Source of the DNA: an uncultured Catenibacillus sp.
Lineage (GTDB): Bacteria; Bacillota; Clostridia; Lachnospirales; Lachnospiraceae
Length of the DNA: 54,312 nucleotides
Assembly (NCBI GenBank): GCA_964423195.1
Contig: CAYRDY010000003.1
Span: 1 to 54,312, forward strand
Direction of reading: 5' to 3'
The notes below the pieces were generated by a model. That model ran no database searches. It saw nothing but the letters and a program-made list of their open reading frames with translations, and was not told the origin of the DNA. Within the stretch, counting starts at the first letter, position 1. Each line of letters starts with the position of its first letter. The position numbers and the translations under genes were made by a program. Shown here piece by piece: positions 37,023 through 47,040 of this stretch.

Positions 37023-37649
37023 TTACTGATTTTCGCCGATCTGCGTATAATCCGGCCAGCGCTCCCGCACGATATCCGCGATCATCGACACGGTTTTTTG
37101 CAGGCCAAAGAAGGAAGTATCAATGCACAGATGTTTGCCCTCTCTGCCGCCCCACTTCCTGTCCGTATAATACTGATAATAACTGCGGCGCTGTTTGTCT
37201 TCCTCCAGTGTTTCCTTTCTGGCCACCTCTGTGGAATCCAGCATGTAACGGTCCTTGATGCGCTCAATGCGCGCTTCCAGCGGTGCGTAGAGGAAGATAT
37301 TCAGACAGTTTTCATTTCCCTCCATGACATAGTCCGCACAGCGCCCGACGATGACAAAAGATTCCTTTTCCGCCAGCTCCTTAATGATGCTCGACTGTAC
37401 CCAGAACAGTTTGTCGTTGACTGTGCCGTATTCGCCCGCGCGCGTCACATAGGGACTGAAAAACGGGTTCGAGGCCTTTTCATCTGCCTTGTGCAGCAGT
37501 GCGGAACTCAGGCCGCTCTTCTCGGCCGCCATATCGATCAGATTTTTGTCATAATAATTGATCTTCAGGAGTCCGGCCAGCTTTTTGGCGACCTCCCGCC
37601 CGCCGCTGCCTGTCTCCCGCCCGATTGAGATGACAATATTTCTGCTCAT
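37023..37649 (-). CDS. Cytidylate kinase-like family protein (AAA/P-loop)
   Basis: MSRNIVISIGRETGSGGREVAKKLA. The ATG at 37649 follows GGAGG. Confidence 0.8.
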   Translation of the reverse strand: MSRNIVISIGRETGSGGREVAKKLAGLLKINYYDKNLIDMAAEKSGLSSALLHKADEKASNPFFSPYVTRAGEYGTVNDKLFWVQSSIIKELAEKESFVIVGRCADYVMEGNENCLNIFLYAPLEARIERIKDRYMLDSTEVARKETLEEDKQRRSYYQYYTDRKWGGREGKHLCIDTSFFGLQKTVSMIADIVRERWPDYTQIGENQ

Positions 37650-37672
37650 AAAAAACACCTCCAAAAGTGGAT

Positions 37673-38167
37673 TTAAATCACCCAAAATCCGATCACCGCC
37701 GCCAGAGCGGCGATGAGTATGCCCGCCAGCACATCGGAGATGTAGTGCATACCGGTGACGACGCGCGATACGCCCACAAGCGCTGCCAAGACAAGCATCA
37801 CGATCCCTGCCGCCGGACGGAGATAGAGAAAAGCCAGAGCGATGACCATGGCGCTGGCCGAGTGCCTGCTCGGAAAACTCCTGCCCGCCTCCTTCACCTT
37901 AAGGAATGGCTCGAAATCCATCTTCGTATACGGCCGGGGCCGATCGATCACGTCGCGCAGGATCGTGACAAAAACCAGGACGGACAGCGGGACGAGGATA
38001 AATCGCAGGGTAAATGGACTTCTCAACAGGATCAAAGCCGCCAAGAGGCAGACATAGACCAGCGCGATGAAAAACGGCAGCCATTCGGCGATATCCTTGA
38101 GGAGTAAAGCCCGTCCCCTCGAACGCTCAAAATATCGGATGATTTTAAGATATGTTTCCCTTTTCAT
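37673..38167 (-). CDS. PAP2-family membrane phosphatase
   Basis: Motifs SFPSRHSA and SRVVTGMHYISD. The ATG at 38167 forms an ATGA overlap with the rng stop. Confidence 0.8.
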   Translation of the reverse strand: MKRETYLKIIRYFERSRGRALLLKDIAEWLPFFIALVYVCLLAALILLRSPFTLRFILVPLSVLVFVTILRDVIDRPRPYTKMDFEPFLKVKEAGRSFPSRHSASAMVIALAFLYLRPAAGIVMLVLAALVGVSRVVTGMHYISDVLAGILIAALAAVIGFWVI

Positions 38168-39375
38168 TGATATATATATCCCCTGCCATGGCATGACGGG
38201 CACAGGCGGCCCATCTGCTCGTGCAGCGGTTTCTTTTCTTTTTTGCGCGTGATTTCCACGAGATTCAGTTTGGTCATGTCGACGACCGTTGCCTTTAAAG
38301 GATCATCCGCCGCCAGCTTCTTCAAGTATTCCATGAGCTTCATTTTATGCGCGTCATCCCGCATATCAATAAAATCGATAATGATGATCCCGGACAGATT
38401 GCGCAGCCGCAGCTGCGCGAATATTTCCTGTGCGGCCTCCATATTGATCCTGAAATAAGTCTCCTCCTGATTTTTCCTACTCATATATCTGCCGGTATTG
38501 ACATCGATGACCACCATGGCCTCGGTCGGCGTGATCACGATGGATCCGCCGCTCTTCAGCCAGACATGCGGGTTCAGAAGCCGATCAATCTTTGTGCCAA
38601 GCGACAAGAGCTTCGCCAGCGGCATCTGCGGATCATCATAGAGAATCACCCGTTTCGGGTCAATACAGTGCAGCAGCTGCTCATAGACCTCAGGGATATC
38701 CGTCGTCACTCTGACGAGCGTCTCGTCCTCAAGCTGCATCACCCGCCGCAGATACTCGTCCGGCTCCTTATAGACCTCGCTGAAACATTTGAGATATCTG
38801 CCCTTTTCCAGGATTGCGGTATATTTTTCTTTGAGCTTGAGCATCTCCGCTTCCAAAATCTCCTCGGATACCCCTGCCGCCTTCGTTCGCACCACAAAGC
38901 CGTAGTCCTCGTCCGTCCAGTTCTGAAAAATTTCTCTCAGACGGGCACGCTCAGCAGCCTGCGTAATTTTTGAGGAGACGCCCACATGCGGGTTTTGACC
39001 CTTTAGGACCATATATCTGCCGACCAGATGAATATTCGCCGTCACCATCGGCCCCTTGGATTTTGTGGCCTCCCGGCACACCTGAACCATGATCTCGTCG
39101 CCCGGTACCGGCGCCGCGTCTGGCGCTTTCCCATTCATATACAAGTGCCGTCTGTTTTCCTGCAGGGAATAATACCCGTCCACGCCGCCGATATCCACAA
39201 AGGCCGCCTGAATATTTTTGACGACATGCTTCACCTTGCCGATGTAAATGCGATCGAGAATGCCTGTATCCTGCGGCCGGTCGGCATAGATATCCACCAT
39301 TTTCTCATCCTCATAGACCACCGTCATCCGGAAATCGCCGTGATTCGTCAAATAAACTTTCCTTTGCATAGTCAC
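38164..39375 (-). CDS. rng: Ribonuclease E/G family protein (Rng-like)
   Basis: 403 aa with an S1 domain (IYIGKVKHVVKNIQAAFVDIG), the DNase-I-like core (VVIDVNTG) and a C-terminal CPSCHGRG. Confidence 0.85.
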   Translation of the reverse strand: MTMQRKVYLTNHGDFRMTVVYEDEKMVDIYADRPQDTGILDRIYIGKVKHVVKNIQAAFVDIGGVDGYYSLQENRRHLYMNGKAPDAAPVPGDEIMVQVCREATKSKGPMVTANIHLVGRYMVLKGQNPHVGVSSKITQAAERARLREIFQNWTDEDYGFVVRTKAAGVSEEILEAEMLKLKEKYTAILEKGRYLKCFSEVYKEPDEYLRRVMQLEDETLVRVTTDIPEVYEQLLHCIDPKRVILYDDPQMPLAKLLSLGTKIDRLLNPHVWLKSGGSIVITPTEAMVVIDVNTGRYMSRKNQEETYFRINMEAAQEIFAQLRLRNLSGIIIIDFIDMRDDAHKMKLMEYLKKLAADDPLKATVVDMTKLNLVEITRKKEKKPLHEQMGRLCPSCHGRGYIYQ

Positions 39376-39416
39376 ACCTAAACTTATTAAACGATGATTT
39401 TATGCGGCCGCGGTCA

Positions 39417-40136
39417 CTATTGTCGAAGGCCGATTTCCACGCCCAGATCATCCAGTGAGATGAAATCGCCCTCCGCGTCCCTGGCAAACATGTCCTGGCG
39501 GTGAATTTGCAGACTGAGGGCATCAAATGGCAGTCTGAGCATATCGCACAGCGCCGACACCACAAGTTCCGGCCTTAAATTGGCGGCACTTCCCGCGGCG
39601 ACGCGCATACTGATCACCCCATCCGTGTATGACATTCGGTCAATCATCGGCCGGATATCTGTCTCGGCCGTACTTTTTTTTGTTTTTTTAGTGACGATGA
39701 TTTCGGATTGATCCATCAATTTTTGGATAGCATCCGCATTGACAGCCGCCGGACGGGTCTGTTCTCTGAATGAAACCGTATAGTCCGCCGCCGCGACCAG
39801 GGACATCGCATTCGAATTTTTTGTCTCGTCTAATATTTGTTTGAAACTCAATATCGACACGCCTTCGACCATCTGCGCATTGATTCTATCCATCATTGTC
39901 CGGGAATCCTCGCAGCTTCGGACAAAAATGTCCATATACTCGCCCGTGCTTGTCAGGCCGACGCCGAGCGGGGCCGCAAACGAGATCAGCTGATGGGGGC
40001 TATAGCCCTGCGAATATTCGATATCCACATCGGCGCGCCGAAACACCTTTTGAAAAAAGCGCATCATGTCCAGATGGCCGATGAATTTCATATGTCCCTC
40101 TTTTTTAAATCGGATCCTAATCTTCATAGCAGACAC
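39417..40136 (-). CDS. TIGR03936/DUF2344 radical-SAM-associated protein
   Basis: 239 aa: KIRIRFKKEGHMKFIGHLDMMRFFQKVFRRA. It overlaps the upstream radical SAM gene by 20 nt. Confidence 0.8.
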   Translation of the reverse strand: MSAMKIRIRFKKEGHMKFIGHLDMMRFFQKVFRRADVDIEYSQGYSPHQLISFAAPLGVGLTSTGEYMDIFVRSCEDSRTMMDRINAQMVEGVSILSFKQILDETKNSNAMSLVAAADYTVSFREQTRPAAVNADAIQKLMDQSEIIVTKKTKKSTAETDIRPMIDRMSYTDGVISMRVAAGSAANLRPELVVSALCDMLRLPFDALSLQIHRQDMFARDAEGDFISLDDLGVEIGLRQ

Positions 40137-41982
40137 CTCCGCCGAAGGATCTGCATCCGCAGCCGGAGCAGCCCTGACGGCAGTTTTCTGTCACCAATCC
40201 CTTTTTGGCGCGCTCCCACTCCCGGATGAGGAACTGCTTGTCCACGCCGACGTCGATGAAATCCCACGGAAGAATCTCATCCGTGCCGCGCTCGCGGCGT
40301 GCATAGAAGGAGGGGTCGATATTTGTATCGGCAAAAGCCTTAAGCCACCCATCGTATTTGAAATTCTCTGTCCATGCGTCAAACAGGCATCCGTTTTTGT
40401 AAGCCGCAAGGATCACCCTGCCAAGCCGCCGGTCGCCCCGCGCAAGGACGCCCTCAAGGATCGACAGTTCCGCGTCATGCCAGTCGTATTTGATGCTCTT
40501 TTTATTGATCTGTTCTTTAAACCTGTGATTCAGGAAACGCTGTTTATCCAGAAATTCCTCAGCCGTATTCTGAGCGGCCCACTGAAACGGTGTGAACGGT
40601 TTGGGCACAAAAAATGACGTGCTGGCGACAATGTCCACACGCCCGTTGCCGGGACGCTCAGACTTTGGGATCTCGTAAAATTCTCTCGCGATCGCGTTTG
40701 ACAACAGGGCGATACCCTCGATATCGTCATCGGTCTCCGTCGGAAGTCCAAGCATGAAATAGAGCTTGACGCGATTCCATCCGCCCAGAAAAGCTGCTCT
40801 GGCCCCGTTCAGAATATCCTCCTCTGTCAGGCCTTTGTTGATCACGTCGCGCAGGCGCTGGGTGCCCGCCTCCGGGGCGAATGTCAGGCTGCTCTTCTTG
40901 ACGTCCTGAATCTTTCCCATGACATCCAGGGAAAAGGCGTCGATGCGCAGCGACGGCAGGGAGATATTGACTTTTTTCTTCTCACAGACATCGATCAGAT
41001 ACGACACCAGTTCTCCGAGCTCCGAATAATCGCTTGAGCTGAGGGAGCTCAAGGAGATCTCCTCATGGCCGGTCGAATCCAGCATTTTTACGGCATAGGT
41101 CTTCAAAAATTCGAGGCTTCGCTCGCGGTTCGGGCGATAGACCATGCCCGCCTGGCAAAAACGGCAGCCGCGGATGCAGCCGCGCTGAATTTCCAGGACG
41201 ACGCGGTCCTGTGTGACTTTGATAAATGGGACGACCGGTTTTTCCGGATAATAGGTATGGCTCAAATCGGTCACGACCTGCCTTCGGATCTTTTCAGGGA
41301 TATTCGGATATTTCGGCCCAAAATCGGCGATCGTCCCATCGTCATTGTAGGCGGCTTCATAGAGCCTCGGGACATAGAGCCCCTGAATCTTCGCGGCTGC
41401 CCTTAAGAATTCATAGCGGCTGGTGTGATCTTCTCGGTGGTTCCTGTACAGGTCGATCAGATCATTGTAAACGGTCTCGCCCTCGCCGATATAAAAAATG
41501 TCAAAAAAATCTGCCAGCGGTTCCGGATTGTACGCACACGGGCCGCCGCCGATGACGATGGGATCACTCTCCCGCCGGTCGGCGGCCAGCAGCGGAATTT
41601 CGCTCAAATCGATCAGTTGCAGGACATTGGTATAGCACATCTCGTATTGGAGGGTGATCCCAAGAAAATCAAAATTTCTGATTGGGTCCTGTGACTCCAG
41701 CGCGAACAGCGGAATATGACGCTGTCTCATGATCCCGTCCAGGTCCGTCCACGGCGAATAGACGCGCTCACAGTAGACATCATCCCGCCGGTTGAGCATA
41801 TCATAGATAATCTGGATACCGAGATGCGACATGCCGATCTCATAGACGTCGGGGAAAGCGATGGCAAAGCGCACCATATCCCCGGTGACATCCTTATAGA
41901 CTGCGTTGACCTCGTTGCCGAGGTATCTGGCCGGCTTGTCCACCCCCAACAATATCTCATCATCTAAAGCCAGTTTCCTCAT
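40117..41982 (-). CDS. TIGR03960-type B12-binding-domain radical SAM protein
   Basis: 621 aa with CxxxCxxG-type cluster motifs (RGCIRGCRFCQAG). It is the conserved partner of DUF2344, upstream of rng. Confidence 0.85.
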   Translation of the reverse strand: MRKLALDDEILLGVDKPARYLGNEVNAVYKDVTGDMVRFAIAFPDVYEIGMSHLGIQIIYDMLNRRDDVYCERVYSPWTDLDGIMRQRHIPLFALESQDPIRNFDFLGITLQYEMCYTNVLQLIDLSEIPLLAADRRESDPIVIGGGPCAYNPEPLADFFDIFYIGEGETVYNDLIDLYRNHREDHTSRYEFLRAAAKIQGLYVPRLYEAAYNDDGTIADFGPKYPNIPEKIRRQVVTDLSHTYYPEKPVVPFIKVTQDRVVLEIQRGCIRGCRFCQAGMVYRPNRERSLEFLKTYAVKMLDSTGHEEISLSSLSSSDYSELGELVSYLIDVCEKKKVNISLPSLRIDAFSLDVMGKIQDVKKSSLTFAPEAGTQRLRDVINKGLTEEDILNGARAAFLGGWNRVKLYFMLGLPTETDDDIEGIALLSNAIAREFYEIPKSERPGNGRVDIVASTSFFVPKPFTPFQWAAQNTAEEFLDKQRFLNHRFKEQINKKSIKYDWHDAELSILEGVLARGDRRLGRVILAAYKNGCLFDAWTENFKYDGWLKAFADTNIDPSFYARRERGTDEILPWDFIDVGVDKQFLIREWERAKKGLVTENCRQGCSGCGCRSFGGGVCYED

Positions 41983-42019
41983 AAACGAACCTCATTTCAA
42001 TATCTTTCCATGCCTGCGG

Positions 42020-42070
42020 GTAAACTTCCATGCCCCGCAAGCGGGGCACCACCATCGATGAAAGCGATTG
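42020..42070. repeat. Copy B of the interspersed GC-hairpin element (opposite orientation to copy A)
   Basis: GTAAACTTCCATGCCCCGCAAGCGGGGCACCACCATCGATGAAAGCGATTG contains a perfect 8-bp palindromic stem TGCCCCGC / GCGGGGCA. Confidence 0.8.
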
Positions 42071-42084
42071 AAAGTTATGCCAAA

Positions 42085-42960
42085 TCAAATCTCAACCAGT
42101 TCATAGGCTCTGTTGCCCAGTGCCAGTTTCACAGCGGCCTCGATCGTGAGGATGCCGTTGCGCGTCTCCATGCGCTCGATCATCGCCTTTTTGCCCGGAT
42201 CCGGGGAATTGTAGACGGCGTCCACGCACGCCTGGTCAACGGCGACCGGATCAGACGACGCAAAGATGCCGAGATCAGCCATCTCCGGCTCCGCCGGATG
42301 CGAGTCGCAGTCACAGTCGACAGAGAGGCGATTTGCGACATTGATATAGACGATATTTTCCCGACCCATGAAGTCAATCACAGATTTATCGGCGTCAGCC
42401 ATCGACTCAAGGAAATTGTCGTGGTTGGATGAGAAAATACTTCCATAATCCGTACTCTCACCGCTTGAGTGAACCAAAACCTTGCCCTTGGAGGAGGCGA
42501 TGCCGATAGCGACATTTTTAAGCGCACCGCCAAAGCCGCCCATCACATGTCCTTTGAAATGAGATAAAACGAGCATTGAATCATAGTTGCCCAGGTGTTT
42601 GCCGACATAATTCTCTTTCAGGTGTAAACCGCCATTCACCGGCAGCGGCATGTCGCCGTCCTCGTCCATGATATCGCAGGGCGCGATATCCGTAAATCCA
42701 TGATCCTTAAATGTCTGCCAGTGCGACTTGGTCGTGTTTCGCCTGCCCTCGTAGGCCGTGTTGCACTCGACGATCGTCCCTGACAGGTCGTTGATCAAGC
42801 CTCTGATCAGCTGCGGCTGCAGGAAATTGTGCCCGCCCGGTTCCCCGGTCGAGATCTTCACCGCAATCTTCCCGTGCAGCGGCGCGCCCAGAGCCGCATA
42901 AATTTTTTTCAGGGCCTCACTGCTGATCTCTTTTGTGAAATACACCTTTGCTTTTTCCAT
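42085..42960 (-). CDS. DUF362 domain-containing protein
   Basis: 291-aa ORF. Family recognition rests on the overall sequence pattern (KISTGEPGG.., ECNTAY.., SVDCDCD). Confidence 0.75.
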   Translation of the reverse strand: MEKAKVYFTKEISSEALKKIYAALGAPLHGKIAVKISTGEPGGHNFLQPQLIRGLINDLSGTIVECNTAYEGRRNTTKSHWQTFKDHGFTDIAPCDIMDEDGDMPLPVNGGLHLKENYVGKHLGNYDSMLVLSHFKGHVMGGFGGALKNVAIGIASSKGKVLVHSSGESTDYGSIFSSNHDNFLESMADADKSVIDFMGRENIVYINVANRLSVDCDCDSHPAEPEMADLGIFASSDPVAVDQACVDAVYNSPDPGKKAMIERMETRNGILTIEAAVKLALGNRAYELVEI

Positions 42961-42982
42961 TTTGAATGATACCTCCTAATTT

Positions 42983-44452
42983 TCAAATATTCTCATTTCC
43001 GCAGTATTTTGGAAATGCTTCCAGCATTCTGACGACATAGCGGTAAGTCCTCTCTGTGGAGGAGATGCTCAGTCTCTCATCCGGTGTATGAATGCCCGTC
43101 ACATTCGGCCCGATCGAGATGATATCGATTCCCGGTATCTTCTCCGAGATCAGTCCGCACTCAAGGCCGGCATGGATGGCATTCATTCTTGGCCTGTGAC
43201 CGTATTGCTGTTCAAAAATGTCACCCGCCATCACGCGCAGCTGTGACTCTCGCCTGTACGCCCAGCCCGGATAATCGCCTCCCCGGACGAAAGTGCCGCC
43301 CATCATCTCCGTCATATATTGGAGCTTATCCGCCAGCAGTTCTTTGCGGGATGCGACACTGCTTCGGATGGCATAGCGCAGCATCACTTCATCCGCTCTC
43401 GTCTCCACCACGCCGAGATTGAGCGATGTCTCGACCAGCCCCGGCAGATCCGCACTCATGTCGCAGACGCCGTTTGGCGCGTTAAACAGCACAAATAATA
43501 TCCGCTGAAGCGCCGACATATGGATGACCTGTCGCGTTGCCGCTTCACTGTCGCAGTGCGCCTCAATGACAATGCCCGGATCAGAGACCCTGTATTCATC
43601 GCGTATTTTATCGGAAATCTCCTCGATCACCGCCTGAAACTGTCCCGCGTCCTCAGGCGCGATACACAGCTCGAGTTTGGCCTCCCTCGGAATCGCGTTG
43701 CCCTTCAGGCCGCCGTTTAGGGAGATGACTGAGACATTCATTTTTTTCAGAAGGTCAAAGAGCACGCGCCCCATCAGCACATTGGCATTGGCGCGCATCT
43801 TGTCGATCTCAACGCCCGAATGGCCGCCGAGCAGCCCACGGATCTCCACACGCGCGCCGATGCCCTCCGCCGCCATATGCGGGGTCTCAAAAATCAGATC
43901 CGCGCCCATGCCGCCCGCGCAGCTCGTGAGAATTGCGCCCTCCTCCTCCGAATCCAGATTGATCATATATTTTCCGCGCAGATCCGATGTGTCCAGAAAG
44001 CGCGCGCCGTCCATCCCGGTCTCCTCCTCCGTCGTGAATATGACTTCAAGCCGCGGATGCCGGATCGTGTCATCATCTAAGATGGCCATGCACATGGCCA
44101 GGGCGATACCGTCATCGCCGCCCAGCGTCGTGCCCTCGGCGTAGACATCATCACCGTCCACTTTTAGCCGTAGGCCGTCCCTCTCAAAATCAAAATCGAC
44201 ATCGGCGTTTTTCTCGCAGACCATATCCATATGCCCCTGCAAGATGAGCGTCGGCGCGCTCTCGTATCCCGCGGAGGCCTCCTTGACGATCACGACGTTA
44301 AAGAGCTCATCCTGGCGTACCCATAAGCCTCTCTCCCGCGCAAAAGATACACAAAAATCGCTGATGGCCTCCACATTGCCGGAACCGTGCGGAATGGCGC
44401 AGATCCGCTCAAAGAAACACATGACGTTTTCAGGTTTCAGATGCTCAAGCAA
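42983..44452 (-). CDS. pepD: Aminoacyl-histidine (Xaa-His) dipeptidase PepD, M20 family
   Basis: 489 aa: IPHGSGN, LQGHMDMV, GTTLGGDDG and FTTEEETGMDGA motifs. Confidence 0.9.
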   Translation of the reverse strand: MLEHLKPENVMCFFERICAIPHGSGNVEAISDFCVSFARERGLWVRQDELFNVVIVKEASAGYESAPTLILQGHMDMVCEKNADVDFDFERDGLRLKVDGDDVYAEGTTLGGDDGIALAMCMAILDDDTIRHPRLEVIFTTEEETGMDGARFLDTSDLRGKYMINLDSEEEGAILTSCAGGMGADLIFETPHMAAEGIGARVEIRGLLGGHSGVEIDKMRANANVLMGRVLFDLLKKMNVSVISLNGGLKGNAIPREAKLELCIAPEDAGQFQAVIEEISDKIRDEYRVSDPGIVIEAHCDSEAATRQVIHMSALQRILFVLFNAPNGVCDMSADLPGLVETSLNLGVVETRADEVMLRYAIRSSVASRKELLADKLQYMTEMMGGTFVRGGDYPGWAYRRESQLRVMAGDIFEQQYGHRPRMNAIHAGLECGLISEKIPGIDIISIGPNVTGIHTPDERLSISSTERTYRYVVRMLEAFPKYCGNENI

Positions 44453-44465
44453 AATAATCTCCTCC

Positions 44466-45830
44466 TTAATTTCTGAAGCTATGAATCGGTGCGGGGATGC
44501 GCCCGCCGCGATTTACAAACGCGGAACAGTCAAAATCGTTGACTTTCATGATCGGCGCGAATCCCAACAGCCCGCCAAATTCCGCCATATCCCCCACATC
44601 CTTGCCCTGGACGGGGATGATTCTCACGGCGGTCGTCTTCTGGTTGACCATGCCGATGGCCATCTCGTCCGCGATGATACCGGAAATCGTCGATGGCTTT
44701 GTCTTCCCCGGTATGGCGATCATGTCGAGGCCCACCGAACAGACACAGGTCATCGCCTCCAGCTTTTCGAGCGTCAGCGCGTCTGATCGGACGGCATCAA
44801 TCATGCCCTGGTCCTCGGACACCGGAATAAAGGCGCCTGAGAGACCGCCCACATAGGAGGACGCCATCACGCCGCCCTTCTTCACCTGATCATTGAGGAT
44901 CGCCAGAGCGGCTGTCGTCCCCGGCGCGCCGACGCGCTCCAATCCGATCTCCTCCAGAATCTCAGCCACACTGTCCCCGACGGCCGGCGTCGGCGCCAGT
45001 GAGAGATCAACGATGCCAAACGGGATGCCGAGCATCCGCGAGGCCTCCCTGGCCACCAGCTGACCGACGCGCGTCACTTTGAATGCCGTTTTTTTGATCG
45101 TCTCACACAGGGTTCCGAAATCCTGCCCCCTGACCTCCTCGATCGCGCGCTTGACAACGCCCGGCCCGCTGACGCCGACATTGATCACGGCGTCGCCCTC
45201 CGTGACACCGTGAAAGGCGCCAGCCATAAAAGGATTGTCATCCGGCGCGTTGCAGAAGACGACCAGTTTTGTGCAGGCACAGGAGTCCCTGTCCGCCGTC
45301 AGTTTTGCCGCCTCCACGATCTTCTCGCCGAGAAGTTTGACCGCGTCCATGTCGATACCTGTTTTGGTGGAGCCGACATTGACGGAACTGCAGACACACT
45401 CCGTCTGAGAGAGCGTCTCCGGAATCGCCTCGATGAGCAGCCGGTCGCTCTCTGTCATGCCCTTGGAGACAAGTGTCGAAAAACCGCCCAGAAAATTGAC
45501 GCCCACTTTTTTTGCCGCCCTGTCGAGCGTCCTGCCAATCTCCACATAGTCCTTTGCCGAATGACAGCAACTGCCGCCCACCAGCGCGATCGGTGTCACG
45601 GAGATGCGCTTGTTGACGATCGGTATGCCGTATTTCAGCTCGATCTCGCGCCCGACCCTGACAAGATCGCCGGCGACATCCGTGATCTTGCGGTAAATAT
45701 TTTCACAGGTCGTCCTCAGATCCGCGCTGATGCAGTCCAGCAGGCTGATGCCGAGCGTGATCGTGCGCACATCGAGATTGGCTTCCTCTATCATTCGATT
45801 TGTTTCGGTTACTTCAAAAATATTGATCAT
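44466..45830 (-). CDS. UPF0210 / PFL-family protein (DUF711)
   Basis: N-terminus [33 protein letters not shown]. The ATG at 45830 follows GGAG; the ORF-track start at 45896 is too early. Confidence 0.85.
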   Translation of the reverse strand: MINIFEVTETNRMIEEANLDVRTITLGISLLDCISADLRTTCENIYRKITDVAGDLVRVGREIELKYGIPIVNKRISVTPIALVGGSCCHSAKDYVEIGRTLDRAAKKVGVNFLGGFSTLVSKGMTESDRLLIEAIPETLSQTECVCSSVNVGSTKTGIDMDAVKLLGEKIVEAAKLTADRDSCACTKLVVFCNAPDDNPFMAGAFHGVTEGDAVINVGVSGPGVVKRAIEEVRGQDFGTLCETIKKTAFKVTRVGQLVAREASRMLGIPFGIVDLSLAPTPAVGDSVAEILEEIGLERVGAPGTTAALAILNDQVKKGGVMASSYVGGLSGAFIPVSEDQGMIDAVRSDALTLEKLEAMTCVCSVGLDMIAIPGKTKPSTISGIIADEMAIGMVNQKTTAVRIIPVQGKDVGDMAEFGGLLGFAPIMKVNDFDCSAFVNRGGRIPAPIHSFRN

Positions 45831-45892
45831 CAAATCTCCATTTTTTCGGCACCGCAAAATGCCCCGATGTCTGAATGTCAGACAGTCAGCGG

Positions 45893-46165
45893 TCATATCC
45901 GGTGCATCGAATTAAAAATATCCTCATGTTGCATTTTGATTCTGACGCCGATTTCCTCGCCGAGCGTGCGCAGCTCCGATGCCATCTCATCAAAGCATTT
46001 CAACGCTCTGCCGGTGTCGACGATCATCATCATATTAAAATATTCCTGCACGATCGTCTGGGAGATATCCAGGATATTGACCTGATTTTCCGCCAGATAG
46101 GTGCATACCTTCGCGATGATACCCACCGTATCTCTGCCGATCACAGTGATAATTGTCTTTTCCAT
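45893..46165 (-). CDS. ACT domain protein (UPF0237)
   Basis: 90 aa: [33 protein letters not shown]. It is the conserved partner of UPF0210. Confidence 0.8.
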   Translation of the reverse strand: MEKTIITVIGRDTVGIIAKVCTYLAENQVNILDISQTIVQEYFNMMMIVDTGRALKCFDEMASELRTLGEEIGVRIKMQHEDIFNSMHRI

Positions 46166-46181
46166 ACAAACCTCCTGTCCG

Positions 46182-47009
46182 TCAAATGATGATCAATTCG
46201 GAGGTGCGGTCGCGCGGCGCCACCACAATATCCTCCGCCTTGAAATGATCCGTATAGTCCGGCTCAAACATCGAGAACTGCGCGCCGTTAAACAGCCCAG
46301 TCTCCTGCCGCACCGTGGCAAGCGCCAGTTCCGGATAATTATTTTCTTTGCTCAGATGGCCAAGGACAACCTTTTTCAGCTGATCGTGCATCAGCTCCTT
46401 GATGAGCTGCCCTGCCATCTCATTGCACAGATGCCCTTTCTCGCTGAGGATGCGGCGCTTCAGATAATAGGGATAGGAACCCGCCTGGAGCATGTGGATA
46501 TCATGATTGGCCTCGATATAAAGCACATGGGAATTTTGAAGGTGAGCCACGGTATACTGATCATAAATGCCCAAATCCGTGACCATGCCGATCTGCTGTT
46601 TGCCGCTTTTTACGACATAGCTGACGGGATCCTTGGCGTCATGGGACATCCTGAAGGGCTCAATCTCCAGGCCGCCAACCACAAACGGATGATCCGGCTC
46701 AATCGCCGTAAATAGATCAGCCGGCATCGCGCCAAGCGCATGGGCGCTCAATATCTCGCGGATCGTTTTTTCGGTGGCATAGACATGACATCCGACTTTT
46801 CGCATGACCACGCCCAGCCCCGCGATGTGATCGATATGCTCATGGGTGATCAAAATACCATCGATCTGCTCCGGCGATACGCCAAACTGATTTAAGCCGT
46901 CAAAGATCCGCCGGCCGCTGATTCCGGCATCGATGAGGACATGGCTGCCCCCGCCGCCAACATACAGACAGTTGCCACTGCTGCCGCTGGCGATTGTTCC
47001 AAACTGCAT
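46182..47009 (-). CDS. MBL-fold metallo-hydrolase (YycJ-like)
   Basis: SGSSGNC..LIDAG and the HEHIDH motif. The ATG at 47009 follows AAGGTG. Confidence 0.8.
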   Translation of the reverse strand: MQFGTIASGSSGNCLYVGGGGSHVLIDAGISGRRIFDGLNQFGVSPEQIDGILITHEHIDHIAGLGVVMRKVGCHVYATEKTIREILSAHALGAMPADLFTAIEPDHPFVVGGLEIEPFRMSHDAKDPVSYVVKSGKQQIGMVTDLGIYDQYTVAHLQNSHVLYIEANHDIHMLQAGSYPYYLKRRILSEKGHLCNEMAGQLIKELMHDQLKKVVLGHLSKENNYPELALATVRQETGLFNGAQFSMFEPDYTDHFKAEDIVVAPRDRTSELIII

Positions 47010-47040
47010 CTGGATCACCTTTTCTAAATGTAAACGACGA

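Noticed and set aside
34406-42070. The GC-hairpin repeat as CRISPR repeats (palindromic CCCCGC..GCGGGG core and GAAAG-like tail resemble type I repeats).
   Set aside because: There are only two copies, 7.6 kb apart and in opposite orientation. There are no regularly spaced spacers, no leader and no cas genes in the window.
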